A DNA stretch of 64,000 bases, taken from Phoronis australis. Its lineage: Eukaryota; Animalia; Phoronida. Position 1 is the stretch's first letter. Each line of letters starts with the position of its first letter. Of this stretch, positions 39,175-52,545 are shown piece by piece. A program made the translations under genes and the position numbers. Location: assembly GCA_002633005.1 (NCBI GenBank), contig NMRA01000399.1:355611-419610 (forward strand). The letters run 5' to 3'. The notes under the pieces were generated by a model. It saw only the letters and a program-made list of their open reading frames with translations, did no database searches and was not told the DNA's origin.

Positions 39175-42100
39175 TGGGTATTCCGTTCATAGGACCGACC
39201 TAATGAGTTAGTCACTTGGGTCTTCCGTCTATATTTGCAAAATCTTATAATTTCATTAAATCCAAAGTTGGTCATGTAGACATCATTAGTTTTGATAAAA
39301 TGGTCTTTATATCTGTGTGTGAATGCAGTGTGTCACAGTGTTGGGTCAAGGAATATAAGCCATGATAACTATAGATACAGTTGTATCAGTATTCCATGCA
39401 CTTGGTTACCTGCTATTGGCTTCTTACTGTCTGACATATGTTACTGATCAAGATTTCCATCATTCTTCCTATTCATCACTGTGGAAGTATTACTAAATTT
39501 AGCTGGGATACTGACATTGGTTAACCTAGATTTTTACTTTTACATTGATACGCTGTTATCTTTCTGGTTGTGATTTAATTAATTATTCAATTTGTTTATA
39601 GTTCTACTGAACAGGGTCCTATTTGATTATCTGAAACATAATCTAACCTTCCATTACTAATACACTTACAGTATATATCATGTCACCCATGTGTATTTAC
39701 CTTTGGGGACTCTCATTAGTTATAAGTGAATGATAACTATCGTACCCTCATTTCAAATCATGTCTGCCCAAGTCTAATTTTGCTGGTCCAATTTGTTATT
39801 TGTTCTTTCCTTTAGCCTGTTAGCCAGCTTCCTGTAGATTTGACAGCAGCGCCACCTACAGATTGCAAACGGCCAAAGTGATTTTAACATTAAACTGAAC
39901 ACTTTAAAACCGCTTTAAAAGTTGCTGTGGTGTGGTTATACCCCATTAGGGTGAAAGGATAAACTACTGTGAACATGGGCCTGAGCTGCAAGCTCCAAAC
40001 GTTATGTTCACCTAACTTATAATCTTCCAGTAAGTAACTTCTCTTGTTTTTACTATCATCACAGAAGACAATGAATTATGAACACTGCTATCATACATTG
40101 CTAACCAATATAACTACTGCAGCTCTGTATGAATACAGCAGTTACAATTGTTGTTGACATTACAACTGTGGTTCATGTAACAGTTAAAATTGTTGAAAGA
40201 GTTGCACTCAGTTTAGTTGGTTTGGATACTTTTTTAGTCTTTGAAAACTTTAAATTTATAGTTAATACACTTACAATGTGCTGTGCAAGGAAACAACGAA
40301 ATTACCACAGGCAAGTTGGCTGAAATGTGTGATCGCCAATTCAAAGTTGAGTTCACTAAGAATTACTGGTTCTGTAAACTTCCAATTGGTGTCTCAGTTT
40401 CAAGGCAGCGCTCGTTTTTGACTTTAACAACAACAAAATGAAATCGGCGTTTTGGATGAAGTTATGACCGCATGAGAATATTTTTTTCATGAGAATACTT
40501 TTTAAAAGATATATGCCATACCATAGTTACCATCGGGCAAAATTAAAGAAATGACGGAATATTCGAATTACTGTTAAATTAGCCTTTGAAAATGGAAAAG
40601 ATCAGTTATGGCAATTATTTATGTTGTAAAATAAAATTGAATTCTCCAGTTTTTAATTACAGAGAACATTATACTCTCACTGATAAAGTGCCACTGCCAC
40701 GTAAGCCAATGTTTTGTGAGTGTAACTAAACTACAGGAACATCTTGTAAGTTGGGTTATCAATGTCAGCTTAGAGACATCATGGATTTGAATACACAAGC
40801 TCAACATTAGGATAAATGAGGTTAAACCAGCTAACATGTCTATTGATTAGCAGTTACTACATCATATTGACTGGCCAAAGCAGTTTATGAGAATGTAGTT
40901 CTTAACTCTTTGAAGGGCAATAGGTCTGTTAGTTGCATGCAAGGACCATGTGTGCTATATGCAGATCAGTTGCAAATGCAAAGCTTGGCTGAGACTAACC
41001 GTAAGCAGTGGGTCAGCCTGCAAATGCAAAATTGCTGCAACATCTGTGCAGTGATTGCAGTGTAGGCGAAATGCCATTGCAAGTGCATACTGGCGGATTG
41101 TAACAGTAGGCCAGTTATGTTAAGTTTATTATGCAAATGTATTTTACCTGTAGCTGCAGTATAGTCTGTAGGTTGATTGTAAAATTAGGCAATAGGTCAG
41201 TCAGGATGCAAGTTTATATTGCCTACATCAATTGACAAACGTATGCACATCAGGCGTAAATGCCAAATTTATACATTGTGTGTGTTCAGATCAGTTTAAA
41301 AATGCAGTCGGGTGAACTGCAAGGTGGGCGCAGTTCAAATGCAAATGCGGATGCATATATTCCAAGATTTGCTGGAGGTGACAATCTACTGACCTGTTCA
41401 AGGTAGACATAACATGAAAGCCATTGATAAAAAATGTGAACATGACATAAGGTATTTATGGAATGTAACTAAGTAGAAAGTCATTGGTCCACTAAATAGC
41501 AGTCACACCTGATAACTAGTAATACCTGTAATACCTGTCACATACAGGATCATTGGGGATATGCTGGTGCATTAATCCCCTCCCCAGACCATCCCCGTGA
41601 CAGCAGAAGGCGCAGAACTCCAGGGCTGACGTTGCCTGTAAGCATTTGATTAGACAGCACTCGGGCACGGCTCTTGTGACTCTTCGCAGCATGGCCATAA
41701 ATAATACTGGCTTGGAGCAGGCGGCTGCCATCATTGAACTCGGCCAGCTGGGATGCAGTCTGCTCGAGGTTGCGTTTGCGAGCCAGCACCTTAACGTCAG
41801 CCGAATATAAGTAGAGGGGTTGGTTGGTGGTGCATGAGGGGTTGATAACTAGATACAAGTAGAGAGGTTGGTTGGTGGTGCATGAGGGGTTGATAACTAG
41901 ATACAAGAGGAGTTATGTCACATGTTATAATTCATTGATTTTTGTCAAAGTACAGAGTAAAGTAGGATAATTTTTTACTTTATGTCTGTATAGAGCATGA
42001 GCTTACACAGGGGAAGTGTAAAAACAACATGAAAAGAAAGTAGTGTTGTACCGTAAACAAGCACTTTGTTTCTTGTATAAGTGATTCAGGAATCCTTTTT

Positions 42101-43120
42101 TGGAAATTTAAATTTTGTATTTGAGGTGTTTCTTATATCGGTGTGTTAGGTGTACTAACTCAGTTTCAATTGTTGACCCAACTTGCTCTGAGATACCCTA
42201 CCCATGTTCAGGTCCTGTGGAAATATTTTTTGCTGTTGATAGGCCCTCCAGAAATAGTTAATTTGCGCCTCCATTGATCTGCTTACTGTTTCAAAGGAGT
42301 GATCAGCTGTCATGCTGTGTCTCAATCTGTCAAGCCCTTCAGCTATGTTTGTCTGCGATTCATTGTAAATACACTGTTGAGACCCATCTTAAAGTGGGTA
42401 ACTTGAGTTTCAAGTCGTATGTTGTTTTCATCCACACTTTTACCTGGGACACTTAAAGGGACGTTATGGTCAAGAAAAGTAATTTTTCTGAAGTCAGTTT
42501 TAGCGCGGAATCAGACCCTCGACATCCGCTATGGTAGCCTAGTGGTCTGTTGGTGAGATAAATCTTGTTTTTTAAGTGGCAGAGCATTTTAAGCATATTT
42601 AAATGGTAAATACACCAGGCTTGATTTCACCTAGCATCTGACAGACAACAGCGAGAATTGGGGACTTTGTAATAAAATAACAAATGCAACAGATGTTGTT
42701 TTTTACCTCTGGTCAAATCTCATATAGTCAACTTGTTTATCCTATCCAATTACAAAGTGCACTCTTCACTGTAAGAGTGATGTTGTACTGTTAAATAGGA
42801 AACATTTTACCTAGAACTCTTCATTGTTGTGAGAGCACAAAAGCCTCTTTCACTTGACCCACTTTCACTTGACCAACTTTGATCCAGTTTCTAATTCTGG
42901 TGTGCAAGACAGGCCGAGTTGACAAGGGTGTGAATAGTTTAAATATCTCACCACATAACTATGGTAATTTGTCGGCATGATGGTGGCAAAGAATTATGTA
43001 TAAAATGATTACAAAATGTCACTCTGCATTTAATCCATATAAGAATGCAAATCGGTATTGCCATCTTATGGACAAGGTGGGGTGGGGGGGGNGCAGTGGG
43101 CGTTCATCTGTACAAAGTTA

Positions 43121-44869
43121 CCGTATGCACCCTAATAAGTGCCCATGACCCTAAAAGCGCCTCCCCCACGCGTTTTTGGACTTCGCTAAAATAAGCTCCC
43201 AGCCCGTGAACATGTTCATGCGAAAAATGCCTTACCTACAGTTCTAAAATTCTACCGTTACGTCTTCAATTTATCAATAAGATCTTACAGTCCTGAAAAA
43301 ATCATTGGGTGCGGAATTTGTAGACCACGCGACTTGCTGCTATGTTGGTATTATGCTGTGACCAGGCCTTCATGCAGCGTACGTCCTGGGCGTCCAAATG
43401 GACGCCCCAGCACTAATATGGACGCCCTGGCAAGGACGCCCAATGTATCATTTGGACGCCCACTGTCAATAGGAACCTTTCAAGTTTGGACACACACATT
43501 GTAATGATTACTAGGAAGCCTCTGAAGGCTCACAGTGGGGGCTCTTTTTTCAAAGCAGGAAGAAATATACAATGTATATACAAAGTATATACAATGTTGC
43601 TATGCTCACACTTGGTTGATAGCATTGTAAAAGTCTTGGTCTACACCAATGTTTTATTAAAAATGCTCACTACAGAAGGCTGTTTTGTAAACTTAGATGT
43701 AAAAACCTTGGTCTATGCATTTTATTGTAAAAAAAATCTGTGTGTTTGGGGGGATTGCTGGGGATGGGGGGTTACGCGTCGGAATTATGAACGCCCTGGA
43801 ATATTGGGAACCTCATTTTGGACACCCTATTTTCGAAATCCTGGATGAAGGCCTGGCTGTGACTGTGCTTCAAACTTCCGCCATGCTTCAAAAGGAACCC
43901 AAAAGTTTTGCTGATCTTGCGAGTAACATGTCACCCTATGGTCTGGCCTTTGCTGATCTTGCGAGTAACATGTCACCCTATGGTCTGGCCTTTCAGAACA
44001 GACGCAGTTTACTTGTTAACGGGATTGTATTGTATCTTTCCCGTACAGATCTTTTCCCTCAACTCAAAAACTAATAAAAAAACTTACTGGTGTTAAAAGC
44101 ACGTGGCCAGGAAGCACGCTACATACATGTAACTGTCATCAAAGACATTAGTCGGAAACTATCCATTCATGAAACGGTTAGCATAGCATCGACAAGAAAT
44201 AAATATTGGCACTAATTTCCGAAAGTTTCTAATACCATAAAAATCTTTTGCATTAATTTAGGAGGAATTATTTGATTAATCGTAATTGCTGTTTGCAAAG
44301 TCAAAGTGACCCACTGATAGTAAACACTTTTGCACCCTTACACCCCGAATCTCCCGTAAAATGACGGTTAGGCTGTCATACATCCAGTCACCCGACATTT
44401 AATGTCGGCCTTACTGAGACAATTTCCGAACATTTCTTAGCAGATGAGATTAACAAGTGCCAAATAAAACACATTCTGCTTTACTACTTGTGTTAATTTC
44501 TTCAGTAACAATGCACACCTAGATCGCGTTTACTCTGGCAATTGAACTCTGATGACATGCACTTGTTCACTTACACACGTGCAGACAAACTTCAAAGCAA
44601 ACGTCACATCAGTTGAAGAGTTTTCATTGTCCTGGGATTTCAGCACAATTTTCTGAAAAATGATGGTAATTTAACAACGAAGTTTTATATCAGTGCACCA
44701 CAATTTTGTAGAAAGTCTGTCATTGGTTACAGATCCATCTCAGAAAATAAATTTGATGAATCCCAGGTTACGATTTCACCTGTTTCAGAGACCAGGTTTC
44801 ATCCGCCTTAGGCTACAATAAACACAGCCCTGAAACGAGTGCCTTAGGCGCTTATTAGGGCGAATGCGG
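43121..44869. mobile_element. Tc1/mariner-pogo-like non-autonomous element, TA TSD
   Basis: TA|CCGTATGCACCCTAATAAGTGCC on the left; right end revcomp TA|CCGCATTCGCCCTAATAAGCGCC. Confidence 0.75.
43363..43855. mobile_element. hAT MITE with perfect 8-bp TSD GCTGTGAC nested in the pogo-like element
   Basis: TIR CAGGCCTTCAT / ATGAAGGCCTG; GCTGTGAC at 43355-43362 and 43856-43863; repeated subterminal GGACGCCC motifs. Confidence 0.88.
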
Positions 44870-47335
44870 TATGCATTTTTTTCCTGGGCCAAAGGAAGTG
44901 ATCATGTCTTTTTAGGAGTAACAATTTGAACTTTTGAATAACTGTACAGTTGCTGGCAATGGCCCTCTGATTTCATTGAAGGCGATGACCACGTTTCTCT
45001 TGTAATTGCGTTCAATGTTTATAATCCAATGGAATAATTCAAAGCTCATTTCCGCTCTAATCTCCAGTCAATTATTAGTTACTAATGAGGATATGAGTGG
45101 CTGGAACTGAGCTAAGCTGGGAGAGGTTTCTCTTTGGAATCAAGCTTGGGGAGTCATGGTTAAATGCTTCAAAAGGTTTTGATGAGAATATCAACTTGGC
45201 CTGTCCTCGATTGATCTCTTTTGTTTTTCAGGGGTAGAAAAATATATTGTGTGAACAATGCATTGTGATACTTGCCCTTGATTTGCCAATATCTTGGTGT
45301 CAGCACTGCTTAGAAGTAAAATACAATAGATTACCTGCAGTATTATGATGAATTGCAACATAGCAGATAGCGACTCCAGTATATTTGCATATGAATAAGG
45401 ACCGGTGTTTGAGGTGTGTTGCATTGTGGGTAAATACCATAAAGTGAGAGTGTTGCTATGCTATTTCAGGATGTGTCTAATGAGAGCTCAGTGCTTATTA
45501 TAATGCCAACTCACCAAATGCTACCTCGCAAAATTCCAGGTTGCCAAGTAGGAAATGACCTTGTGTGCAGCTGTGGGATGGCGCTAACCTTACAACCTTT
45601 CACCTTTCACCTTGACCATTATCATGTGACCAAAAGTTTAACAAAACTGAAGATTTGCTTGCAGTGTTCATTTTGAATTTGCAATCAATGATGGCTTACA
45701 GAGCAGAAAAACATGCAACATTTCTTGTCATTTTGCTTAGACACACTTGAACGTAGCTTGTCAAAGGCTAGGTCATGCAATCTAAGTGGGTGGGGCAATA
45801 GTCAATTTAGCGCCTGCTCGATTGGTACCTTCAAAATTGGAAATGTCACTGACTTGATAAACATTTCTATGCAGTATGCAATGCGCATTCAGAGCAAGCA
45901 GTGCCAGTCGTAGATAGTTAGAATCTAGACTTTATTAAACCCTTATGAGTCTGGTGTAATCTCCAGGAAATGAGAATGTATTTGCCTCAAGCTATCATGT
46001 AAAATTTGGACATGTTTGGTGCATGTGCAATAAAAATGCTTATGAGGGTATGATAAAATCTCCAAGTTTGGACAGTTGCCAAAATTGTCTTTTTTTCAAG
46101 GACTTTAACTTTATTATGAATCTACACCATTTTTTTCAGAACTTTTTCTGTTGGTTTGTATGGTAGAGAAGTTGGAGATGGAAAAGTATTAATTTGATGT
46201 TACATATCTTTTATGGGAAAAATGAGAAAATTTCACTTGTTCACTATGGTTAATTCACAGTAGTGGTATACATTGTTGGCAATGAGCCAAAGGAGCGTCA
46301 CTGTGAAGTAAAAGAATACACTGTGGGAAATCTGCTTTGGTTATAGAGGGTGTTTGATTTAGTTTCAAAGAAATCGTTATGATTTGATGGGTTTTTGCAG
46401 GTTGGGAGAATCGCTGAAAATTCATGAAAAGTCGGGAATGTCGGCCTAAATTGGATGAATCTTTCATCATAATGTTGGAGACTCTGTTTTTCCATTTTCA
46501 AAAACAAAGAAATCTGTTTTATCAAACATGTAACTCCATTTTTTGTTTTTTAAATTATAAAATTCCATTTTATTATTTCAGAGTGATCAATGACTCAAAA
46601 GTCAGATAGGAGAATTGCCTTACTTTTTCTGCTGAATTATTCCCTCTGAACTGATTACTTGCTGCAAGCTATCTTTGTTGTTTCTCGAAACTGGAAAAAG
46701 AACAGTGCCACTTTCAAACAAAATAAAAAAATTCTTGTATGTGTCTGCCGCAAAAAGGTCTTCGATTGATTTGTGGCCATAGAATGTCTAATTTCATGCA
46801 TAATAATCTTGTTTTTTTGTATTTAAAACAAAAAAGTATTAAAATTATGGTGTTTACTGCTGAAATATGTCAATTTCATTAGAAATCCCTAATTTTGTGA
46901 AAGATGTCGTATTCTGTAAGTTCTGTGTGTTTTCTGTTATCACAAAAAATGAGTTTCTCTTTTTGGTTTTTCCCTTCTTTCCAACTCAAACACTCCCGTT
47001 ATCAAACTTTTTCTTCAAGCAGCCCCTCATTCAGTTCCCCAAACCTGTAACTGGCCATTTTTACACTGCACACGCCAGGGAATATGACGTCATACCACAT
47101 GCTGCGCGCAGTGTTAAAAATGACCAGTTTCCAATTTTGGGAACTAAAGGAAGGACTGCTCGAAGAAAAACTTAGTTAATGGGAGTATCTGTTTGAGTTG
47201 GAAGGATTTAAAGACATCGACAGCCTCCTAAGGTGTCCCTCTACATGCAAAAGGTATTAACACTGTGACTTTGATTTTAAATCAGCGTGAGGCATAATTC
47301 GCCAAAAAACTTATGAAGCTCCTATAATAGGTATA

Positions 47336-47553
47336 CTATCTCCACTGCTAGGGACCTTGATCAGTGTCTATAGTTGTTGAAGACCATCTCCACTGTGGCT
47401 GCTAGAGACCTTGATCAGTGTCTATATTTGTTGAAGACCATCTCCACTGAGTCTGCTAGAGACCTTGATCAGTGTCTATAGTTGTTGAAGACCATCTCCA
47501 CTGAGTCTGCTAGAGACCAGCCTTAAGTTGATCAGTGTCTGTAGTCCTTGAAG
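47336..47553. repeat. ~54-bp tandem repeat, 4 copies
   Basis: ccatctccactgagtctgctagagaccttgatcagtgtctatagttgttgaaga unit. Confidence 0.88.
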
Positions 47554-47821
47554 AGGTAATTGTTCTATTTCTTTGGTCATATGCTACTGTATGTTGTCCA
47601 AAAGCCATTGTGTACAAACACAATACCTGCACAATGTAACACTTTGATAGTGGGTGGGTGACTCACCTTTATAGGTAGGTCACCCAGTCTTTGCCATTAC
47701 CTGCAGAAGCAGGTCAGACTGGTGGTCAGGAATGCTTTGTGCTGCACCTTCAGTTGTTGCTCAGGTGATTAACTGAGGCTTGGATGAAAGAGTCTTAGCT
47801 GTCCTGATAACAGTGTACAAT

Positions 47822-49182
47822 AGCGGAGTTGCAACGCCGCCATATTGGAAATGGGTCAGAATGTTGCATTGTGGTTACAATGGTAAACTTCAGTAAACAA
47901 GTATGTTGGCAACCGTGCGGGCGAACGGGCTACGGGGAGGTTATACGTGTTGTGTGCCTGGCATGCTATAATACCAGTTAGCGAAATAAAAAAATTAGTT
48001 ACTACCTGTTTCCCAAGGATCAAGAACTGCGTTAAACATGGGTCAGAGACATCGGTAGAGCTGGTAGCAAAGGCCGACTTCGTGAATTCTTTCCGACTTC
48101 GTAGCATAAAGTGTGCAGCGCTCATTTTGAGGGCGGCAAGAAAACGTATCTTAGAAACTGCCCAACAATATCTCCCTTCAAAGAAACAGTAACAAATACT
48201 CCACGGCGGTTGGTAGTGAAAAAAAANNNNNNNNNNNNNNNNNNNNNNNNNNNNNNNNNNNNNNNNNNNNNNNNNNNNNNNNNNNNNNNNNNNNNNNNNN
48301 NNNNNNNNNNNNNNNNNNNNNNNNNNNNNNNNNNNNNNNNNNNNNNNNNNNNNNNNNNNNNNNNNNNNNNNNNNNNNNNNNNNNNNNNNNNNNNNNNNNN
48401 NNNNNNNNNNNNNNNNNNNNNNNNNNNNNNNNNNNNNNNNNNNNNNNNNNNNNNNNNNNNNNNNNNNNNNNNNNNNNNNNNNNNNNNNNNNNNNNNNNNN
48501 NNNNNNNNNNNNNNNNNNNNNNNNNNNNNNNNNNNNNNNNNNNNNNNNNNNNNNNNNNNNNNNNNNNNNNNNNNNNNNNNNNNNNNNNNNNNNNNNNNNN
48601 NNNNNNNNNNNNNNNNNNNNNNNNNNNNNNNNNNNNNNNNNNNNNNNNNNNNNNNNNNNNNNNNNNNNNNNNNNNNNNNNNNNNNNNNNNNNNNNNNNNN
48701 NNNNNNNNNNNNNNNNNNNNNNNNNNNNNNNNNNNNNNNNNNNNNNNNNNNNNNNNNNNNNNNNNNNNNNNNNNNNNNNNNNNNNNNNNNNNNNNNNNNN
48801 NNNNNNNNNNNNNNNNNNNNNNNNNNNNNNNNNNNNNNNNNNNNNNNNNNNNNNNNNNNNNNNNNNNNNNNNNNNNNNNNNNNNNNNNNNNNNNNNNNNN
48901 NNNNNNNNNNNNNNNNNNNNNNNNNNNNNNNNNNNNNNNNNNNNNNNNNNNNNNNNNNNNNNNNNNNNNNNNNNNNNNNNNNNNNNNNNNNNNNNNNNNN
49001 NNNNNNNNNNNNNNNNNNNNNNNNNNNNNNNNNNNNNNNNNNNNNNNNNNNNNNNNNNNNNNNNNNNNNNNNNNNNNNNNNNNNNNNNNCATCCCGTTTA
49101 CCATCAACAATCCCAGTAGCCTTTGCGCACCCTAATTTCCGGACATGCGCAATCGTTAAATCGATTCGGTTGCAACTCCGCT
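47822..49182 (+). mobile_element. THAP-bearing TIR transposon (ISL2EU/Spy-like, PHIS superfamily), degenerate; interior is N-gap 48227-49089
   Basis: TIR AGCGGAGTTGCAAC / GTTGCAACTCCGCT flanked by AT on both sides; broken THAP reading GYTCCVPG...LFPKDQELR*TW...KVCSAHFEGGKKTYLRNCPTISP. Confidence 0.8.
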
Positions 49183-49931
49183 ATTGGATGAGGACTGGGT
49201 TGGCCTCATCTTCAAATGGTTGTGGTCTGGTTTGTTTTGATTGGCCACTGGACTAATGTAGTAGGACAAGGAGGTGTTACATAAACTGTGTGTGTGTGTT
49301 GAATCATGTTGTGGACACTGAAAAGTGTGGAGTGTGGAGATGCAGAATGCATATTCACTCAGTCAAAATTAAAGAAAACATGACCTTTGTGGAAAACATG
49401 ACCTTTGTGCTTAGCTGGGGACCATCATGTTTTCTTTACACAAGAGTTTTAAGGTGAACTTAGAACCAAACCTTTTGTGTAATTCTCCATTAAGACTCTA
49501 TGTAAAAATATAAGAGTTGTGAGACTAGTGCAACTGGCCCCAGACAATAGAGAAGGCATAAAGTCATTCACGTGCGCAGTGATGGTGTTGAGGGAAGAAT
49601 GCGCATGACACACAGTTCATGTAAGCATTTCTTCTGCAGGTGGACCGTTGTTTACTACCTACGTCTATTGAATGTCTGACTGTTGCAATCTCTCCAGGCC
49701 TTCGTTTAGAGTGCACCCAAATGGACACCCTGACTCAAAATTAGACTTCCTTTCTTGGAGGCCGTGTTCAAGATTGGGTACAATATCTTTGGATGTCCAT
49801 TGGCTTGAAGCATATTTTTTATTTTTAGCCACTATCAACAATGTTTTGGTGTCAAAATTACAGAAGTGTATTTTCTCTTTGAAAGCAACGTCATTGTGTT
49901 TTTATGTCTGCTTCAATCACAATTTGTTAAC

Positions 49932-50021
49932 GTAAAGCACCAGAAACTCCCTGTTGGCCATGTAAAGCACCAGAAACTCCCTGTTGGCCATGTAAAGCAC
50001 CAGAAACTCCCTGTTGGCCAT
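49932..50021. repeat. 30-bp tandem repeat, 3 copies
   Basis: gtaaagcaccagaaactccctgttggccat x3. Confidence 0.9.
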
Positions 50022-50412
50022 GCTGTTTCACTGACTGAAAGTAACACAGTGTGACATACACTAACTTCAAGCTCAGATGTCATGTCTTATCTGAGTAAGA
50101 AACAAGATCAGACTGATTCTACAGTTTGGAAGTATCCATCATATAAACTATCAGTAGGCATAAAAATGAAAATTTTGAAATTTTTGTGGGTGCCTGCTAA
50201 GCCGAAGGTGGGTGTCATTCTGGACGAATAAATCCACCTCTAGAACATGCTGTATCATGGCGTTTCTGTTATGAACTCAGCTCAGTCCTTGTGGTGTGGA
50301 AGAAGACATTAGGGAAAATACTGCAAGCTTTTATGACATGACAAATGTGTGTTAGGTGAGACTACTACAGAATATTTACATAATGTTTATGTTGAGTTGA
50401 TTGCTGTTTCAG

Positions 50413-50484
50413 TACATTGGTACTCTTGATGTCCCACGGCCCAGCAGTCGAGTGGAGATAGTAGCAGCCATGAGGAGAATACGG
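50413..50484 (+). CDS. NOS1AP: NOS1AP/CAPON coding exon 2 (PTB domain)
   Basis: gtttcag acceptor; 72 nt [24 protein letters not shown]; donor gtgagt; phase 0/0, in frame with exon 1. Too short for the ORF track. Confidence 0.95.
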
Positions 50485-50754
50485 GTGAGTGAAGGATAGA
50501 ATTTTGCTTTTTCATTTTTTCTTTGAATATATGCAGCGTCAAATGCATTCTATAAGATTTATACCACAGCTGCCATCAGAAAATGTTTTGAGAAATTGTT
50601 AATATTCACAAAACTAAAGCTTTTGAAAAAATCTTTTGTTCAAAATTGTTGGTATTTCACTGCAAGCGTCACGGATGGATAAAAGAATCTTCAGTTTCAT
50701 CAAAGTTTCCATGTCAAAATATTTGGTACTTATTACACGAATCCACTTTAGTAT

Positions 50755-51490
50755 TTTTTAATCTAAATATTACCATTTTTAATCTAAATATTACCATTTT
50801 TAATCTAAATATTACCATTTTTAATCTAAATATTACCATTTTTTAATCTAAATATTACCATTTTTAATCTAAATATTACCATTTTTAATCTAAATATTAC
50901 CATTTTTAATCTAAATATTACCATTTTTAATCTAAATATTACCATTTTTAATCTAAATATTACCATTTTTAATCTAAATATTACCATTTTTAATCTAAAT
51001 ATTACCATTTTTAATCTAAATATTACCATTTTTAATCTAAATATTACCATTTTTAATCTAAATATTACCATTTTTAATCTAAATATTACCATTTTTAATC
51101 TAAATATTACCATTTTTAATCTAAATATTACCATTTTTAATCTAAATATTACCATTTTTAATCTAAATATTACCATTTTTAATCTAAATATTACCATTTT
51201 TAATCTAAATATTACCATTTTTAATCTAAATATTACCATTTTTAATCTAAATATTACCATTTTTAATCTAAATATTACCATTTTTAATCTAAATATTACC
51301 ATTTTTAATCTAAATATTACCATTTTTAATCTAAATATTACCATTTTTAATCTAAATATTACCATTTTTAATCTAAATATTACCATTTTTAATCTAAATA
51401 TTACCATTTTTAATCTAAATATTACCATTTTTAATCTAAATATTACCATTTTTAATCTAAATATTACCATTTTTAATCTAAATATTACCA
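50755..51490. repeat. 21-bp minisatellite (TTTTTAATCTAAATATTACCA), ~35 near-identical copies
   Basis: Directly visible; source of the (MVIFRLK)n pseudo-ORF. Confidence 0.97.
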
Positions 51491-51633
51491 TGGTGATTCT
51501 TCAAATTCCAACTTAAGTAATTGGCAAAATGTTATCCTTGCTTTTGAAAGCTTTGCTAAAATGTTAAGGATTATTAATAACATGAGTTCACAGGTGACAG
51601 CTGTGCTTCACATTCAACTCTTCCTTTTTTGCA

Positions 51634-51975
51634 GTGCTAGATAAACTCATTGTATGGTTGCCCTGTGCTATATAAACTCATTGTATGGTTGCCCTGTGCT
51701 AGATAGACTCATTGTATGGTTGCCCTGTGCTAGATAGACTCATTGTATGGTTGCCCTGTGCTAGATAGACTCATTGTATGGTTGCCCTGTGCTAGATAGA
51801 CTCATTGTATGGTTGCCCTGTGCTAGATAGACTCATTGTATGGTTGCCCTGTGCTAGATAGACTCATTGTATGGTTGCTCTGTGCTAGATAGACTCATTG
51901 TATGATTGTCCTGTGCTATATAGACTCATTGTATGGTTGCCCTGTGCTAGATAGACTCATTGTATGGTTGCCCTG
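51634..51975. repeat. 31-bp minisatellite (tgtgctagatagactcattgtatggttgccc), ~11 copies
   Basis: Directly visible. Confidence 0.95.
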
Positions 51976-52545
51976 ATTTTCAAAAGGTAGCACCACTTAC
52001 ACACTTTTCAGTCAGTGGATTCAGCGTTTCAAATTTTACACAGATGTAATGCAACTCACTATGAGATGTAAAGCCCTGTTGGTATCCAAATGACATATGT
52101 CATACTAATTTTCACTGTGTGATAGGTATTAGCACGGCAGCAGGGCCAAGTGGGTCATTACTGCATCACAGAGGGGGCTGCAGTAGTACAGGAAGTGACT
52201 ATTATGTTAGTAATTTATGTACAATTTATTTCAAATACTTCATTACGAGCAAAATGTTTTCTTATTTATGGTTTTGAGAAATTTGTGTTCACATTTGAGC
52301 CACATTATGTTTTGAATACAAAAGAAAACTTTGATACACAAGACTTTTTAGTAGTGGGGACAAAAGTAACTAGCAATATGTTCATGATTAAGGTTATTGT
52401 TTCTTGTTTTTTGGTTTCTCAAAAATTCCATCTTCATCCAGATAACATGTTATTTAGCTATTGGTTTGATTGAGTGGAATTCTGTTGATTTCTATTTGTA
52501 AAGAAGGCAAGTTTCACATTAACAAATGTAGGAGTCTATTGTTTA

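Noticed and set aside
41590-41690. Insulin A-chain-like ECCLIKC...C on the - strand
   Set aside because: Spacing is CC-x3-C-x9-C rather than x8, extra cysteines follow, and no B-chain or signal exon was found.
48111-49256. 381-aa and 310-aa ORFs
   Set aside because: Length comes from translating through the N-gap.
50826-51491. 221-aa ORF (MVIFRLK)n
   Set aside because: Translation of a 21-bp satellite that lacks stops in one frame; no evidence of coding.
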